Shown piece after piece: positions 1 to 12,346 of a stretch of DNA of 64,000 nucleotides. The stretch covers positions 4,406,233 to 4,470,232 of the forward strand of contig OZ037772.1 in assembly GCA_964035545.1 (NCBI GenBank). Reading direction: 5' to 3'. Origin of the DNA: Bugula neritina (Eukaryota > Animalia > Bryozoa). Positions within the stretch are counted from its first letter, which is position 1; each line of letters opens with the position of its first letter. The translations under genes were made by a program, and so were the position numbers. The notes beneath the pieces were generated by a model, which saw nothing but the letters and a program-made list of their open reading frames with translations, made no database searches and was not told where the DNA came from.

Positions 1-910
1 GAGGTCATATTGTCAATAATTATTCACTACTGTTGCAAGTTTGTGCAATGCAACTAATTACTGAGGTGTGAATTCTGAGGAGTCAATACTACAACATAAC
101 CTCCTTTTTATTGTGAGAGAGAGAGAGAGGTGGGAGAGTGTTCAGTCAGTCAACATGTATTAGTGGTTTGCCAATCATGGAGCTCAAACCTAGCTCTTTA
201 CTATTATGTTGAAAAGTATGAAGAACAGTAGTATAATATGAGAACCATACATTGGTAGGCAGTAATCAAAGAGAGAGTCACTGCAAGGCTGTTTCCATAT
301 TTATAGTGAGATACTAGCTTCTTATCAATCAGTTCCTTCGAGTCACATGCCTAACGCTATTCAGTGTATTCCCCTGCACCTCTCACTGCTAAGGGTGACA
401 CGAAACTGTCACTTCATCACCCTTGGCAATGTGTCAAGAGCTAGCGCACTGTGAGTGTGTGTCACGTGTGTGTTGCCTATCTCGTGCAGCTAGCATAAGA
501 AGAGTGAGTCGATAGGCTAAGTTGTAGTTAGTAATCTATTACTAGTAGGATGACACATGCGCATGTTAACTATCTTCAGTGTAGTACTACTATGTATGTG
601 CAGCAGGTTGGGTCACAGTCTAAGTCAGAGGGTGGGTTGGCATAATATAGGCCCAAATCCTCAGCACTATTCATGACTCATCATTCCAGACAAATAACAC
701 TCAATACAACTGACTGATGGTAGAAGAAGTAACCAGCTAAAGGAGACACTCAATTCACAGAGTATATTACACACTAATTGACAGAGTTCACATAGAATAC
801 ACAGTGTTGTTTGCTTTTCATAGACACAGATCAGATAACTCCTAGATAATAGTGAGGAAATCATATGCAAGCCTTTGACATGGTATATTGTGTTATGTAC
901 TGTAACTCAC

Positions 911-1092
911 CTACAATAAGCACATCTGATATGATCCTTCCTACCGCCAATGTCAATCTTCAAACATCTCATGCAGTACACATGCAGACAGGGCAGAGTT
1001 CTGGGGTCTTCAAGTTTGTTGAAGTACTGCAAGCAGTACCCACAGCGATACGAATTGTTTAGTCTCTTTTTCACAACTCTGGATTCTGCCAT
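911..1092 (-). CDS. First coding exon of a RING-finger (C3HC4, TRIM/RBCC-type) protein gene; remaining exons lie toward or beyond the window start
   Basis: Translates MAESRVVKKRLNNSYRCGYCLQYFNKLEDPRTLPCLHVYCMRCLKIDIGGRKDHIRCAYCR, with C-x2-C...C-x-H-x2-C-x2-C...C-x2-C and the TRIM-typical DPRxLPCLH. Acceptor TTTTACAG| before 1115, AAGATGG start at 1092, donor AG|GTGAGT at 911/910. Confidence 0.85.
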
Positions 1093-1744
1093 CTTGGTTA
1101 TATGATAAGGAAATCCTGTAAAAGATACACATACTCCTAGCATGATATACTACACTACATCTGTAAAGATTTGTCCTTTACTATCCTGACCAAAGACTGG
1201 CCTATCAGGTTTTATATAAGTCATAACCAGATCATCAATATGTAGAGGAGAAGTGAAACATAATTACCATTGAGTTGAGTAATAATTTTATGAACAAACA
1301 GCACATTTGGGCTCAGCTGCTTATACATAAGCTGAATATTTCATGAGCTCCCAATAATAATGTGTTTCTAACTGAGTATTTTGACACATTACTGGGACAG
1401 AGTCTACACTTGAGCATACAATAGACTTTGTTCCTTCCCAAGGTATACTTTGAACTATTCCATAGCAAGGAGTATTTAGCATGCGTAAGACACTAAATAG
1501 GGGGAACATAGCAGGGTGAGAAAACATAAGTGACTCACTGATTATAATAAACCTACTATAAGTATAACTTGTTAAGATTATCACCATAAATAAACCTAAT
1601 GAGGATGGTAGCGGAGGTGGTATTAAAACTATTTGCCACACTAAATCTAATACTAATTCTAATAGTTATAGCAATGTATAGTAAATGTAATACTTTTATA
1701 CTAATTGCCGACTATCGATAAACTAAGTCTATAAATGTTATACT

Positions 1745-1860
1745 AACCTGCCAGTTATCAGTGTGTAGCCCTCTTCCGTCAACGCGTGAATGGCTGTGTA
1801 CAATGACGTTATAATGTTACAGCAGAAGGGGCGTGTATTTGTTGAGTCACGTGACATTCA
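1745..1860 (-). promoter_or_regulatory. Probable promoter / first non-coding exon of the RING gene
   Basis: Local CpG-rich patch in AT-rich DNA with an ETS-like TTCCG, a GC-box-like GGGGCGTG and the palindromic E-box GTCACGTGAC. A donor-like CAG|GTTAGT lies on the minus strand at ~1748. Inference only. Confidence 0.4.
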
Positions 1861-1890
1861 ATTACCCGTTATGTTTGGCTTAGAGAACTA

Positions 1891-1979
1891 CAATGACAGT
1901 TGTTATATGAATATAATAATATCATGATCATTGTTTACATCATGATATTATATATTCATAGTTATAACAACTGTCATTG
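1891..1979. repeat. ~90-bp near-perfect hairpin
   Basis: CAATGACAGTTGTTATA-TGAATATAATAATATCATGAT pairs with ATCATGATATTATATATTCATAGTTATAACAACTGTCATTG around a ~10-nt loop. Confidence 0.8.
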
Positions 1980-2009
1980 CTTTTACTACAACAAGAGTTA
2001 AGAACAACA

Positions 2010-2620
2010 GGGCCGAAGTGCTTTGCTTGCTCAGGTCTGGGTCACATTTCTCGTGATTGTTTAAATAATCAGAGAGATAGACAGCCTGCTGCTCGTAACC
2101 AGCATATACGCAAATGCTTCGTGTGCCACTAGCCGGAACATTTAGCCCACCAATGCCTCGAAGGTTCGGGAAAAGTCAACGGGGGAGCATCTGCGTCGGA
2201 TACTCACCCCGCATCACGGCAGTAGAGACGCCCCTTCCTATTATGAAACTTCTAATAAATGGAGTATCATTTAAATCATTGGTTGATGCTGGGTGCCAGC
2301 AATCAGTAGTCAGCTCAAGCGTTGTTCACTTGTTGGGAGAAAAACATAGTTCTGTGCCAAAACTTGTGACAATGTTGGATGGTAATACAACTATATGTGT
2401 CTAGGGGAGGTTAGTTTAAAAATCACAGCAGGAACAAGATGTGTAAATGTATGAAGCCCGATATCAAAATCCTTGGTTTGTGGGTGTGCAGCCATAATTG
2501 GAATAGATGCGGTGAAGGGGCTCGGAGGGTTGACGGTGAGTTCCCAAGGTGTGCCATCTTTTGGTGGTGCTCGCCAATATGTTAAGTTAGCAGTTGTGGC
2601 GGTCGGGGTGTCTAATAAAC
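2010..2620 (+). pseudogene. Degraded Ty3/Gypsy gag zinc knuckles and aspartic protease (element E0)
   Basis: From 2010: GPKCFACSGLGHISRDC and RKCFVCH*PEHLAHQC (two CX2CX4HX4C knuckles), then GGGAAAA and a second frame with the protease motif SLVDAGCQQSVV...IIGID. Contains stops. Confidence 0.85.
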
Positions 2621-2625
2621 TACAT

Positions 2626-2685
<60 letters not shown>
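2621..2685. repeat. (TA)n microsatellite
   Basis: Direct reading. Confidence 0.95.
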
Positions 2686-2949
2686 TACGCTCTCATTTAA
2701 TGCTCAGCAATGACATTAAATGATTGAGCACTCTCACCATGATCACAAACTCAAGCTGCTGGCATTTTGCAATGCTCGTGACTCCTAGGTGACCCCTAGA
2801 GTCACTTGAGCACTCTGGCTTGAGTTTACACACCTTTTAAATATGCTTTAGTAAAACTATAAGTTTTACTATTGCGAAAGTGTGGGCCATAGTACTCTGT
2901 TCTGTGCTGATGAGGGGACAAATCCCGAAACAGCTGCTGTCCACAGATT

Positions 2950-3053
<104 letters not shown>

Positions 3054-3058
3054 GTTAA

Positions 3059-3677
3059 GGGCTAGAATCAAAACTCAAAAACTATGTTGTAGATAGCTTT
3101 CTTCCTCAGCTCGAGGTTTTTTGGAATTTTTAATTTTCTACATTTTGGTCAAGCTACAGACAAATAACTATTCATTTTTCCCTATTTTTAGCTAAAAAAA
3201 CATCATGTCAGTACCGGTAAAATAACTCAGCAGGAAAACATAATAGAAAACACTGTTTGAATCCTGAGATATTTCTGCAGAGCAGTTTTTGTAATATTTC
3301 TAATAGCTTTTATAGATTTTCTATAAGTTAGTGATTTATACACTAAAAATGAGATATTTTTTCTGTACTAATAAACTCTGCTCATCACTTCGTGCTTCAG
3401 TGAACACGTAGAGATAAGAAGATATTGGCTGTCCATTACTAATTACAGACCTGCTAGCAAGCAGGCTAGTGAATCACTTGGTGTGTAATTTATGTATAGA
3501 GCAGCCACAACGGAATGTTGATATATAATGCAGCCCTAATTGAGGTTGCTGTTTATTGGTCATATCAGGCTAAACATACACAAGCAGGCAACAGCATGCC
3601 AACCACAGAACAATATTTTAGCAAGAACCTGGACTACATTGTGAGCTAAATTTATGATATTCTTAGTGGGGATGCCC
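3059..3677. mobile_element. Dispersed ~620-bp non-autonomous repeat, copy 1 (possibly Harbinger-type MITE)
   Basis: Colinear, diverged reverse-complement match to 28619-29260 (e.g. GATATTCTTAGTGGGGATGCCC vs GGGCATCCTCACTAAGAATATC; AAAACTATGTTGTAGAT vs ATCTACAACATAGTTTT). This copy is bounded by TAA|GGGC...GCCC|TAA. Confidence 0.65.
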
Positions 3678-3697
3678 TAAATTATGCTATAAAGCGT

Positions 3698-4298
3698 ATG
3701 ATGGCTAGGTCTAGTGGAAGCGCACAGGAAATGCTGTATTGGTACAACTTCTCTCCAAGAGTAGGAGGCCATACACCAGCAGAGCAGGTGTACAAGTATA
3801 ACATTCATTTACTCCTGGATGCTAATGGTAATTCTTGCCAGCCACAAAGTACATCCTTAAACCCATATCAACCAGGTGATGTAGTGTATGTCAAGCCTCC
3901 AGGTGCCAGATGCACAACACCTTGGAAGAAGGGTACAGTCACAGAATTGGTTTCTAATACCACTGTAAAAGTTGATGGCACCAGCCGGCATGTCAGCGAT
4001 CTGAGACTCTGTCATGCAGGTCCACTCAGCGATACCCATGGCAACAGGAGTGATGATAGAAGACGATGAATAATTAGTTGAGGACAGTGATAAGGAGAGG
4101 GATGTGAATAGCAATGAAGATGATATGCAAGACGTGGCTGATGAGCCTCCTATGGCTGGTGGCAGTGTGGCAGAAGAAGGGGTGGCAGCTGACCATGAAA
4201 ATACAGGCTATCCCAATGGAGACAGAAAAAAACCCTGCTTGGCATGAAGATTATGTATTTTTTCATAGTTTATTAGTGATTTTGATATCAAAGGGAGG
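3698..4298 (+). pseudogene. Gypsy E0 integrase C-terminal region, acidic tail and polypurine tract
   Basis: LYWYNFSPR..TPAE..YQPGDVVYVKPPGARCTTPWKKGTV..VDGTSRHVSDLR is typical of the Gypsy integrase C-terminus. PPT AAGGGAGG at 4291-4298 is followed by TG. Confidence 0.8.
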
Positions 4299-4440
4299 TG
4301 TGGGCTGTAACTTGACTGATCATGCACGCAGTTTATGCTCATCAGATTGACACTATAACCTGATTGGTTAATTTCGGTGCATCAGCCCAATAGACCATGT
4401 AAGATTGGTACATTTAGTACCTTGAACCAATTCTAGATAC

Positions 4441-4875
4441 TCACCACTATAACTTATATAAACTTCTGCAAGTTCAAATGCAAAATGCATACTTCTAGGA
4501 AATAGCTGTGCAACTTTTATTACATGCATTGTTTTATTTCATATCTTAAATTTATGAATCATGAGTTCATTTTTCAAAATGTTTAAATTAAGTGCTTAAA
4601 AAATGCATTTAAAGAATGTATTCCTGAAAAATTACCCTGGAGCAGTTTGACCACAACCCCAGCTGTTTTGGCAAAACACATTTAATGACATTTTCATCGA
4701 CATAGTGGTAAATGGGCTGGTTGTTTTTGGCAGATGAGTAGCACGCTGGCTGGCTGCAACTTTATACAATTCTGATTGGCTGGACTCTACATGACCAGCT
4801 AATGATTGTATCTGATTGGCCTAATAATTCATTTGCATTTGAAAATGTAGAGTTTTATATAAGTTATAGTGGTGA
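4441..4875. mobile_element. MITE nested in the left arm (identical inverted copy at 7483-7917 in the right arm)
   Basis: 22-bp TIRs TCACCACTATAACTTATATAAA / TTTATATAAGTTATAGTGGTGA. Confidence 0.8.
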
Positions 4876-5842
4876 TATTTTAGAGTTGGTACACACCCCT
4901 TTTTTGGTTGAGTTTTATAATCTGATCACGCTGTAGTCATCTACAACACTTCAGTGTATGGGGAAATTATTAGTATTGCGAAATCTGTTTTGGCTTATAT
5001 TGCTATGCCAGTTTTCTGACTTGGTTTGTAATAAACCATAGGCAGCTATATAACTTAGGTAATTTCATCGAAGGTAGACACTGTTTAGGTGCAGCAAATC
5101 AAACACTGTTGTTACTATTGCAAAACAGTAGCAATAGCATAGCACAGTCAGCGAACTGTAATGGCAGTGCTGCACCATATTTATCATCACTAGCATATAT
5201 TTACAGCACACTGACAAACACATGTATAAGCATGTGCTAAGCATAAATTATAGTTGCTTATGTGCCCACCATTATTTTACTTAAAAAAATTACAACAGTA
5301 ATTTTTTTGACTTGGTTGCATATTTATTTGCAGGAGTTAAAATGCACAGCTTTTAGCAACAGAAAACATGGATGGTTTATATAAAAATGAGCTTTAACCT
5401 GTAGTGCTTGGCATGCTAGTCTATACTGTTACTTGGTATCATCACCAATTTGTACATGATTTCCTTAGTGAAACAGCATGTTTATCCCACAAATGCAATG
5501 CCATCAGCCATAGGACTATATAGTCCAGTTTTTTCAACTATGAAGTAATTTTGTTAGCAGCTTGCTTCATTTTTAAGTGATATTTAACTTGAGCTTCTCA
5601 GTCTCAAGTCATTGTTCGAGGAAATATCTTCACCTAGCTCTGAAGCTATACTAATGAGTTTTCAATACATGTTTTTCCTCACTCAAAGTAATCATCAACC
5701 ACCATTGAGGCAGGAAGATGACAAAAACATTCTGAGGGCTAGTATCCAATACCATATGCCAGCCATTAAAACTTCACTATAGTGCTTCCGGAGCACACCT
5801 ATTTCTACTACATGGCGATCCTCCTACAGTATTTACTTATTT

Positions 5843-6070
5843 CCTGGCCATGCCACCTGGAAAAAAAGGCCATTTTCAACTGACTAGAATGCAGTAACTC
5901 TAAACTAAATTAATTGCTATTCTTAGAATCCAGGTTAAAAGAGCAATCAACCCATAAAGGACTTGATATCCTAAATAGTCCTGGAGGTGTAAGCTTACTG
6001 TTTGCACCTCTTTTAGAAAAGATTATAATAGTCTGCTGTGCTTTCTGCAGCCACCCTTGGTAACCAATAA
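5843..6070 (+). pseudogene. 3' fragment of a DDE_Tnp_4 (ISL2EU/Harbinger-like) transposase
   Basis: Reads LAMPPGKKGHFQLTRMQ*L*TKLIAILRI..VKRAI..DILN..FAPLLEKIIIVCCAF..QPPLVT across stops and frameshifts. Colinear with LAISPGKRGHLQMAKMQLLQTKLISNLRIHVEKAI..NILN..LAPLLDKTMIVCCALCNLQPPLVT at 43540-43790 (-). Confidence 0.85.
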
Positions 6071-9000
6071 AGTGTAGCACTTTATAATATTTTTTTTGGT
6101 GTGCTATTGTATATGCATGTGCTATACCACTATGCTTTGTAAGCTAAAGTCTGATATTATTGGTTTTTGGGTGAAAGAAAATGGCAGCTCAGACTCGATG
6201 CTTATTTTGCAAAATACAAACTCATATATGGATAATATTCTGTTGGTAACAATGTTGTATGCAGTCAGTGTTGAAATATAATGCCTTCATTACAGTTTTA
6301 GTGGGATCAGCGTTTTCTCTGTAACTATCATGTTGCATCACACAACATGAAAAAATGTTCATCAAATCCAATGTTTAATCATCATTTATTCTAGCATATA
6401 CCAGAGAACCTTTGTATTTTACCCAACTGACTAAAACATGTATTGAAAACTCATTAGTAAAACTGTTGATGTTATTGCAGTAGCTTCACAGCTAAGTGTA
6501 GGCACTTCATCCAGCAATGGTTTGAGGCTGATTACTTCACAGTTAAAAGAATCTAGAGTCTAGATTCTAGACTATATTGTCCCACGGCTGATGTCATTAC
6601 ATTTGTAAGATAATCATGCTGTTTCGCTAAGTAAATCGTATACAAGAAAGGGTTATCAACATGGTATTATAGGTGATGATACCAACTGGCAATATAGACC
6701 CACATGCAAGGCATTACATGTTAATACTAATTTTTATACAAAATGTCTACATTATCTGTGCAATTAAACTCTTGCAGATTAATATGTGATTGATTAAAAA
6801 AGCTACTGCTATATAAATTTAAAATAAAACAGTAGTGAGTACACAAGCAAATAATTTATGGCTAGCGTAGGTTCATGCATTTGTAATATGCATGTGAAGC
6901 AATTTTTTAAATTATCACATTAAAGTAAACTGAAGCGCAAAATAATCAGACTATGAGAATGTATTCAGTAATATGCATTGATTTAAAACTAAATCATGAA
7001 ATGATTATCATTTTTGCAACCTCTGTACTTGGTAGACAAGATAGAGAGGGGTGATGTGACTGCTGTAATTGTGTTACTGCTCTACATACTAACAGACTAG
7101 GCTAGTGTATTCAAGTGCCTTACATAAGATATTTTAATAAAACTGGTGAGTTTAGTGTGGCCACTGCCATTGCAGCTAGGTGACTGTGCTAGTGTGCTAT
7201 GCTCTCACTACTGCTTTGCAATAAAACCAAGTAACAGCACTGGTTGATTTGATGTTCTAAGGTCTAAGTAATGTCTACCTTTGATGAAATCACCTAAGTT
7301 AGAACAGCCTGCATATAGTTGATGAAAAACTAAGTTAGAAAACTGGCATAGCAATAATTATAAGCCAAAACAGATTTCGCAATACTAATAATTTCCCCAT
7401 ACACTGAAGTGTTGTAGATGACTACAGCGTGATCAGATTATAAAACTCAACCAAAAAAGGGGTGTGTACCAACTCTAAAATATCACCACTATAACTTATA
7501 TAAAACTCTACATTTTCAAATGCAAATGAATTATTAGGCCAATCAGATACAATCATTAGCTGGTCATGTAGAGTCCAGCCAATCAGAATTGTATAAAGTT
7601 GCAGCCAGCCAGCGTGCTACTCATCTGCCAAAAACAACCAGCCCATTTACCACTATGTCGATGAAAATGTCATTAAATGTGTTTTGCCAAAACAGCTGGG
7701 GTTGTGGTCAAACTGCTCCAGGGTAATTTTTCAGGAATACATTCTTTAAATGCATTTTTTAAGCACTTAATTTAAACATTTTGAAAAATGAACTCATGAT
7801 TCATAAATTTAAGATATGAAATAAAACAATGCATGTAATAAAAGTTGCACAGCTATTTCCTAGAAGTATGCATTTTGCATTTGAACTTGCAGAAGTTTAT
7901 ATAAGTTATAGTGGTGAGTATCTAGAATTGGTTCAAGGTACTAAATGTACCAATCTTACATGGTCTATTGGTAACGAGAGACTGATGCGCTATTTTTGAT
8001 GACCATTGTTGTGTTGTACTAGTAACTGTGTTGTACAAAATACAGATATTATTCACTCTGAGAGACCAATTTATTAATCACAGTGTACTTCAAAATAAGT
8101 CTGTTTTACTCGTTACATAAAGTATAGTTGCACTGGCTACAGGTTGACACAAAAGCAAGCCTATCTCGATAAAATAATACGCAAATGTGGGAACTATCAA
8201 GGAGTTTGTTCCTCATGATTAGAAATTGCCAAATTATTTTTGATCCCTATAAAAACTGGGTGTTGGAGAAACATATGTCAAGTTAAATTTGTTATTCTAG
8301 CATTAAAAATAACGGAATGCAATAGTTATAGTTTTATGAAAGTTATTTGTTTTCTTTTTAATCATGAATATATTATTTTAGTTTTTTGAACCAGGATGGA
8401 TTGATTTTGTTGTTTATAATATTGTAAAGTTATAACATTTGCATTCATAATAGCGCAGCTAACACATTTTTCCGTAAAGTTTTAAGAATATATAAGTACC
8501 ATAATAGACTACGCTAAAAAATTTTTTGAAGCCGTGCGCAAGCTTAGCTAGTTTACAAAAATTGCAGTTTTTTATAGAATGCTTGCTGTAATTAACTTTT
8601 ATTGTAATTAAAGTAGATTATTATTGATCGTTCTAGCTAAGGATTTTTTGCTGTAAGTCTTGCTTTGTATGAACAAATATCGCATAGAACAGTTACATTT
8701 TTATAGCACATAAAAATATAATCTATAAGGTGCAGATATATTCAACTTTAAGCTAACACCTTTTAATTATAAATGTCTTGCAACGTAGCCTAAATTGAAT
8801 ATGTATAATACAAAATATATATATTATTATTAATGTGCTGTTAATTGTAGTATTTGTGAAACAAAATTTATGCTCAACAATTAATTGAATAATAATTTAT
8901 AAAATATTTATAATGTTGAATGAATGGATTCAATTATCTTTTCTTTTTTATTTAGATCGCAGCATATTTTTTTACAAGGTTGTATAAAGGAGTTGTGGCC

Positions 9001-9564
9001 CACAACTTATTATGTGTTCAATTGCCACATATGTCTTAGGAAGAAGACAACTCCACAAAATTTGGTAATTTGAATGTTTTAGTATAATTAAAGTCACATA
9101 ATAATATATGTCTTTAAAATGCATTTTGCCACTCTGCAAAGTTACAGGAACAAATATTGCACCACCTAATAAATGATTTACAAAGTAATTAGCAAACCAA
9201 TGCAAAAAAGTGTTGCTGTCTTGTAGTAGAAAAACATTACACGACATAAAATTTTGATTTTCTTCAATCTTCAATCTCTATCAAATCTATATATTCCAAT
9301 GCTAATAAACTAAACATGCATGCAATTATTTATACCATATAATATTAGCTAACTATAGCATTTTTTCTTTATCTTTATTGCTTGCATATTTCTAAATTTA
9401 GTTAACATATGATTTTTATTTGCAACCTTGCATCACAAATTACATAAAATATAAATCTTGAGTTGTTACATATACCTACACAAATAGACCTTCATAAAAC
9501 TCTCAATGATTTTATTCAACTCACGTATACAAAAGTTTTGCTCTAAAACAACTCTTCTAAATAG

Positions 9565-10820
9565 GTGTGACTAAAATTGGTGGCCACCGGCCGGTGTCGC
9601 AGTCCGTGACACCCATTTTAGTCAAAACCCCCCCTTATAACTAAAATGGGTGCCGCGAACAATTTTTGTTTTATTTTCACATTTTTAGACAGTTGTGACT
9701 GCTGGAAGTGTTTTTAAATAAATCTTCAGGTTATAATTAACATTTCACAATCGTTTAAACAAAAAACATAAATAAATAATGATTAAGATAAATTAGGTTT
9801 AACAAAAATCAAACCTGTCAAGAGTTATCTTTCCTCATGAAAAATTAAATTTTTACCTAATTTTACTGTTATCGTTATGATCATAGACATGTTAACTTAT
9901 GAAACATATAATTTAAACTATTAAAAACACCATGAGCAATATTAACAAACAAAAATGTCTAAAAAATGTGAAAATAAAACAAAAGATCTTTACGACACCC
10001 ACTTTAGTAAAAACACCCACGAATGACTAAAATGGGTGTCACGGTATTTTTTGCTTTATTTTTAGCTTTCTGGGCGGTTTTGGATACTATAAATTATGTC
10101 ATGTTAAACCTTTTACTTGCTTTTACTAATCAAAATTATTAAAATTCTTAATACTTACAAATATTAGGGAAAAATCATAAAAACAAAACTAAGAACTAAG
10201 GGAAGATAACTCTGGGGGTGTCACTAACGGTTTCGGTTTTTATTATGATTTAATATTATTGTAAATTATTATATAATACTACTGTCATTTGGGGTGAAAT
10301 AGTTATAATATATTAGAGTTTTACTGAAGTTTTGATCCACAACCAATTTAACAACAAGAATTGCCAAAAAAGCTAAAAAATAAAGCAAAAATCACCGTGA
10401 CACCCATTTTAGTCATTTGAGGGGGTTTTGACTAAAATGGGTGTCGCAAAGATTTTTAGTTTTATTTTCACATTTTGTGAACATTTTTGTTTGTTAATAC
10501 TGCTCTCAGTATTTTTACCAGTTTAAATTGTATGGTTAAGGAGTCAGCATGTCTAAAAATTAAAAAATATCAATGAAATTAAGCTAAAATTCATGTATTG
10601 ATTTCTACGTGACACCCCCTAGTTTTTGACCCCAAGAATTTTCAGAATGAATTTAATTTTATTTATTCTTGTGTCGCAGTTTCATAACTGTTTAATCAGC
10701 TGAGTTTGTGTGAAATTGCAAAATCAGTTTAATCATGCCAATTGTAAAACTACATCTGTCCACAGTGTTGGATGCAAATCAAAAATTCTTGCCACACTCA
10801 TTTTAGCAAAAAGACACCTG
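9565..10820. repeat. Modular inverted-repeat array built on GACACCCATTTTAGTCA..TGACTAAAATGGGTGTC hairpins (non-autonomous DNA element-like)
   Basis: Hairpin modules at ~9608-9655, ~9994-10040 and ~10399-10446. ~9880-10080 is an inverted copy of ~10360-10560. ~10595-10820 recurs as a direct copy at 11558-11740 + 16461-16510. Confidence 0.75.
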
Positions 10821-10959
10821 TTATGCTTTTGCAGGTTGTATGAAATAGACTAAGTAGTTATTATTATTCCTGAATAAAGAGTCTTTGATAAGTTGCAATT
10901 AGTAGTCTTTATTGGTTCCTTCTTGTATCAGCTCCAGTGCAGTACTGATTTAGACTGGA

Positions 10960-11090
10960 AAAACTCGCACTTATATACTGCAAAAATTCCCGAAGTTCGG
11001 AGTCTCGCTGACCGATGTTGGAAGGACTCTGTCCGATCTCGGACAGGCCCCTCCGACATTGCGCCTCCGTCTCCGACTTTGGACGAGTTT
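10960..11090. repeat. GC-rich fold-back mini-element
   Basis: AAACTCG...CGAGTTT ends, nested imperfect arms and a central CTGTCCGA-TC-TCGGACAG hairpin. Confidence 0.6.
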
Positions 11091-11740
11091 CGGCTCACAT
11101 ACTTATTTATATATTTCAACAAAAAGAAGTGGCGGGGAAACATAACTCCAAAAACTATTACAGTAACTTAAAAACAACAATATAAATAGGAAGGCAATTC
11201 AAAATCATTACGCTAAGAGCTTAGTTATAATTACGATATTTAAGGCATTAGAAAGCTAGGTAAAGAGCTTAGCTATAATTACAACAGCTAATCAGTATTT
11301 AGAAAGTTACGCCAAGTCAATTATAATAATGATGCGATATAACTACTAGAGCGTTAAAATCCATTACACACCACTGGATAACTACAATAGAAGGGGGCAT
11401 GATTTTTGCTATAATGATTGCTCTATTTTCAGGCTTTTAAGGCACTTATGACTATCAGATTAGTTTCAGATTACATTTACTGGAATTATTTTTATATCAA
11501 CTATTTTTTGATTTAGAAAAAACTTAGAGAATCATCAATAAACCTAAATTTTGATCAATGTATTGACTTCTCATCGCGACACCCCCTAGTTATTGACCCT
11601 GATATTGTGCATCGTGATTTTCATCTTTTTAATCTTTGCTTAGCAGGTACATGCATTTCAATTAGCTGAGTTCGTGCAAAATTCAAAGTCGAAATAATGA
11701 TAATAATTATAAAATCAGATTTATTCACATAGCAAAATAC

Positions 11741-12017
11741 TGTTGTGCAACGCACAATAGTTATGTGGGCTTTCTAGTGAGTCCAATTAGCATTTAGTCA
11801 CTGACAATTCAATAATAGTTTCCCTTAGAATCTTTATTGTAACCATATAATATAATGCAAAAAATATATCTGTGTATCACCGTAATTGCTGTCTTACATT
11901 ACTTCTAGTCACGCTCTAACTAACAACTGTTCTGCATGGCTTAATACAGCCGGAATACTAAAGAGAGTCTGTGATTGGCAGGGGGCACGCGTGACGTATA
12001 AACCACGCCCCATTACA
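11741..12017 (-). repeat. E1 3' LTR
   Basis: Direct repeat of 16185-16460, adjacent to the PPT GCTGGGAGGGGCGG on the minus strand. Confidence 0.95.
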
Positions 12018-12346
12018 CCGCCCCTCCCAGCAGGAAGCACACCTTCCTGATACTTGACCAAATTATAAAAGGAAAACAACAAAATAAGATAAAAAAAATA
12101 AAACAACACCTGTAGTAATATAAGATCTGAGCATCAAAGTATCACAATCTATATAAAAAAAATAAAATAATATCCAATAAGGAAAAGGCAGCACAACAGT
12201 CGAGTAATATCTATGTACGGAGATCATACGGCACTGAGATCAGAGACAACCGGAGGAGGGAAGAGAGTGAAGAGAGAATGTGTCACCACCTGCAGGTGTA
12301 TGGGGTAGAGAGGAGTGTGGAAGAAGGGGGGGGTGTGGCTAGACGT

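Larger units (their letters stand above)
4392..7966 (+). mobile_element. Fold-back DNA transposon derivative (ISL2EU/Harbinger-like) with very long inverted arms
   Basis: Termini AGACCATGTAAG...CTTACATGGTCT, flanked by an AT duplication (ccaAT|...|ATtgg). 4392-~5000 is an exact reverse complement of ~7358-7966; diverged inverted similarity continues to ~5680/~6430. Transposase fragment in the centre. Confidence 0.9.
4299..8080 (+). repeat. Probable E0 3' LTR (4299-4391 plus 7969-~8080), split by the fold-back element
   Basis: Starts TG right after the PPT. Sequence resumes after the insertion and carries AATACA and a ...TCACA end. The right boundary is uncertain. Confidence 0.45.
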
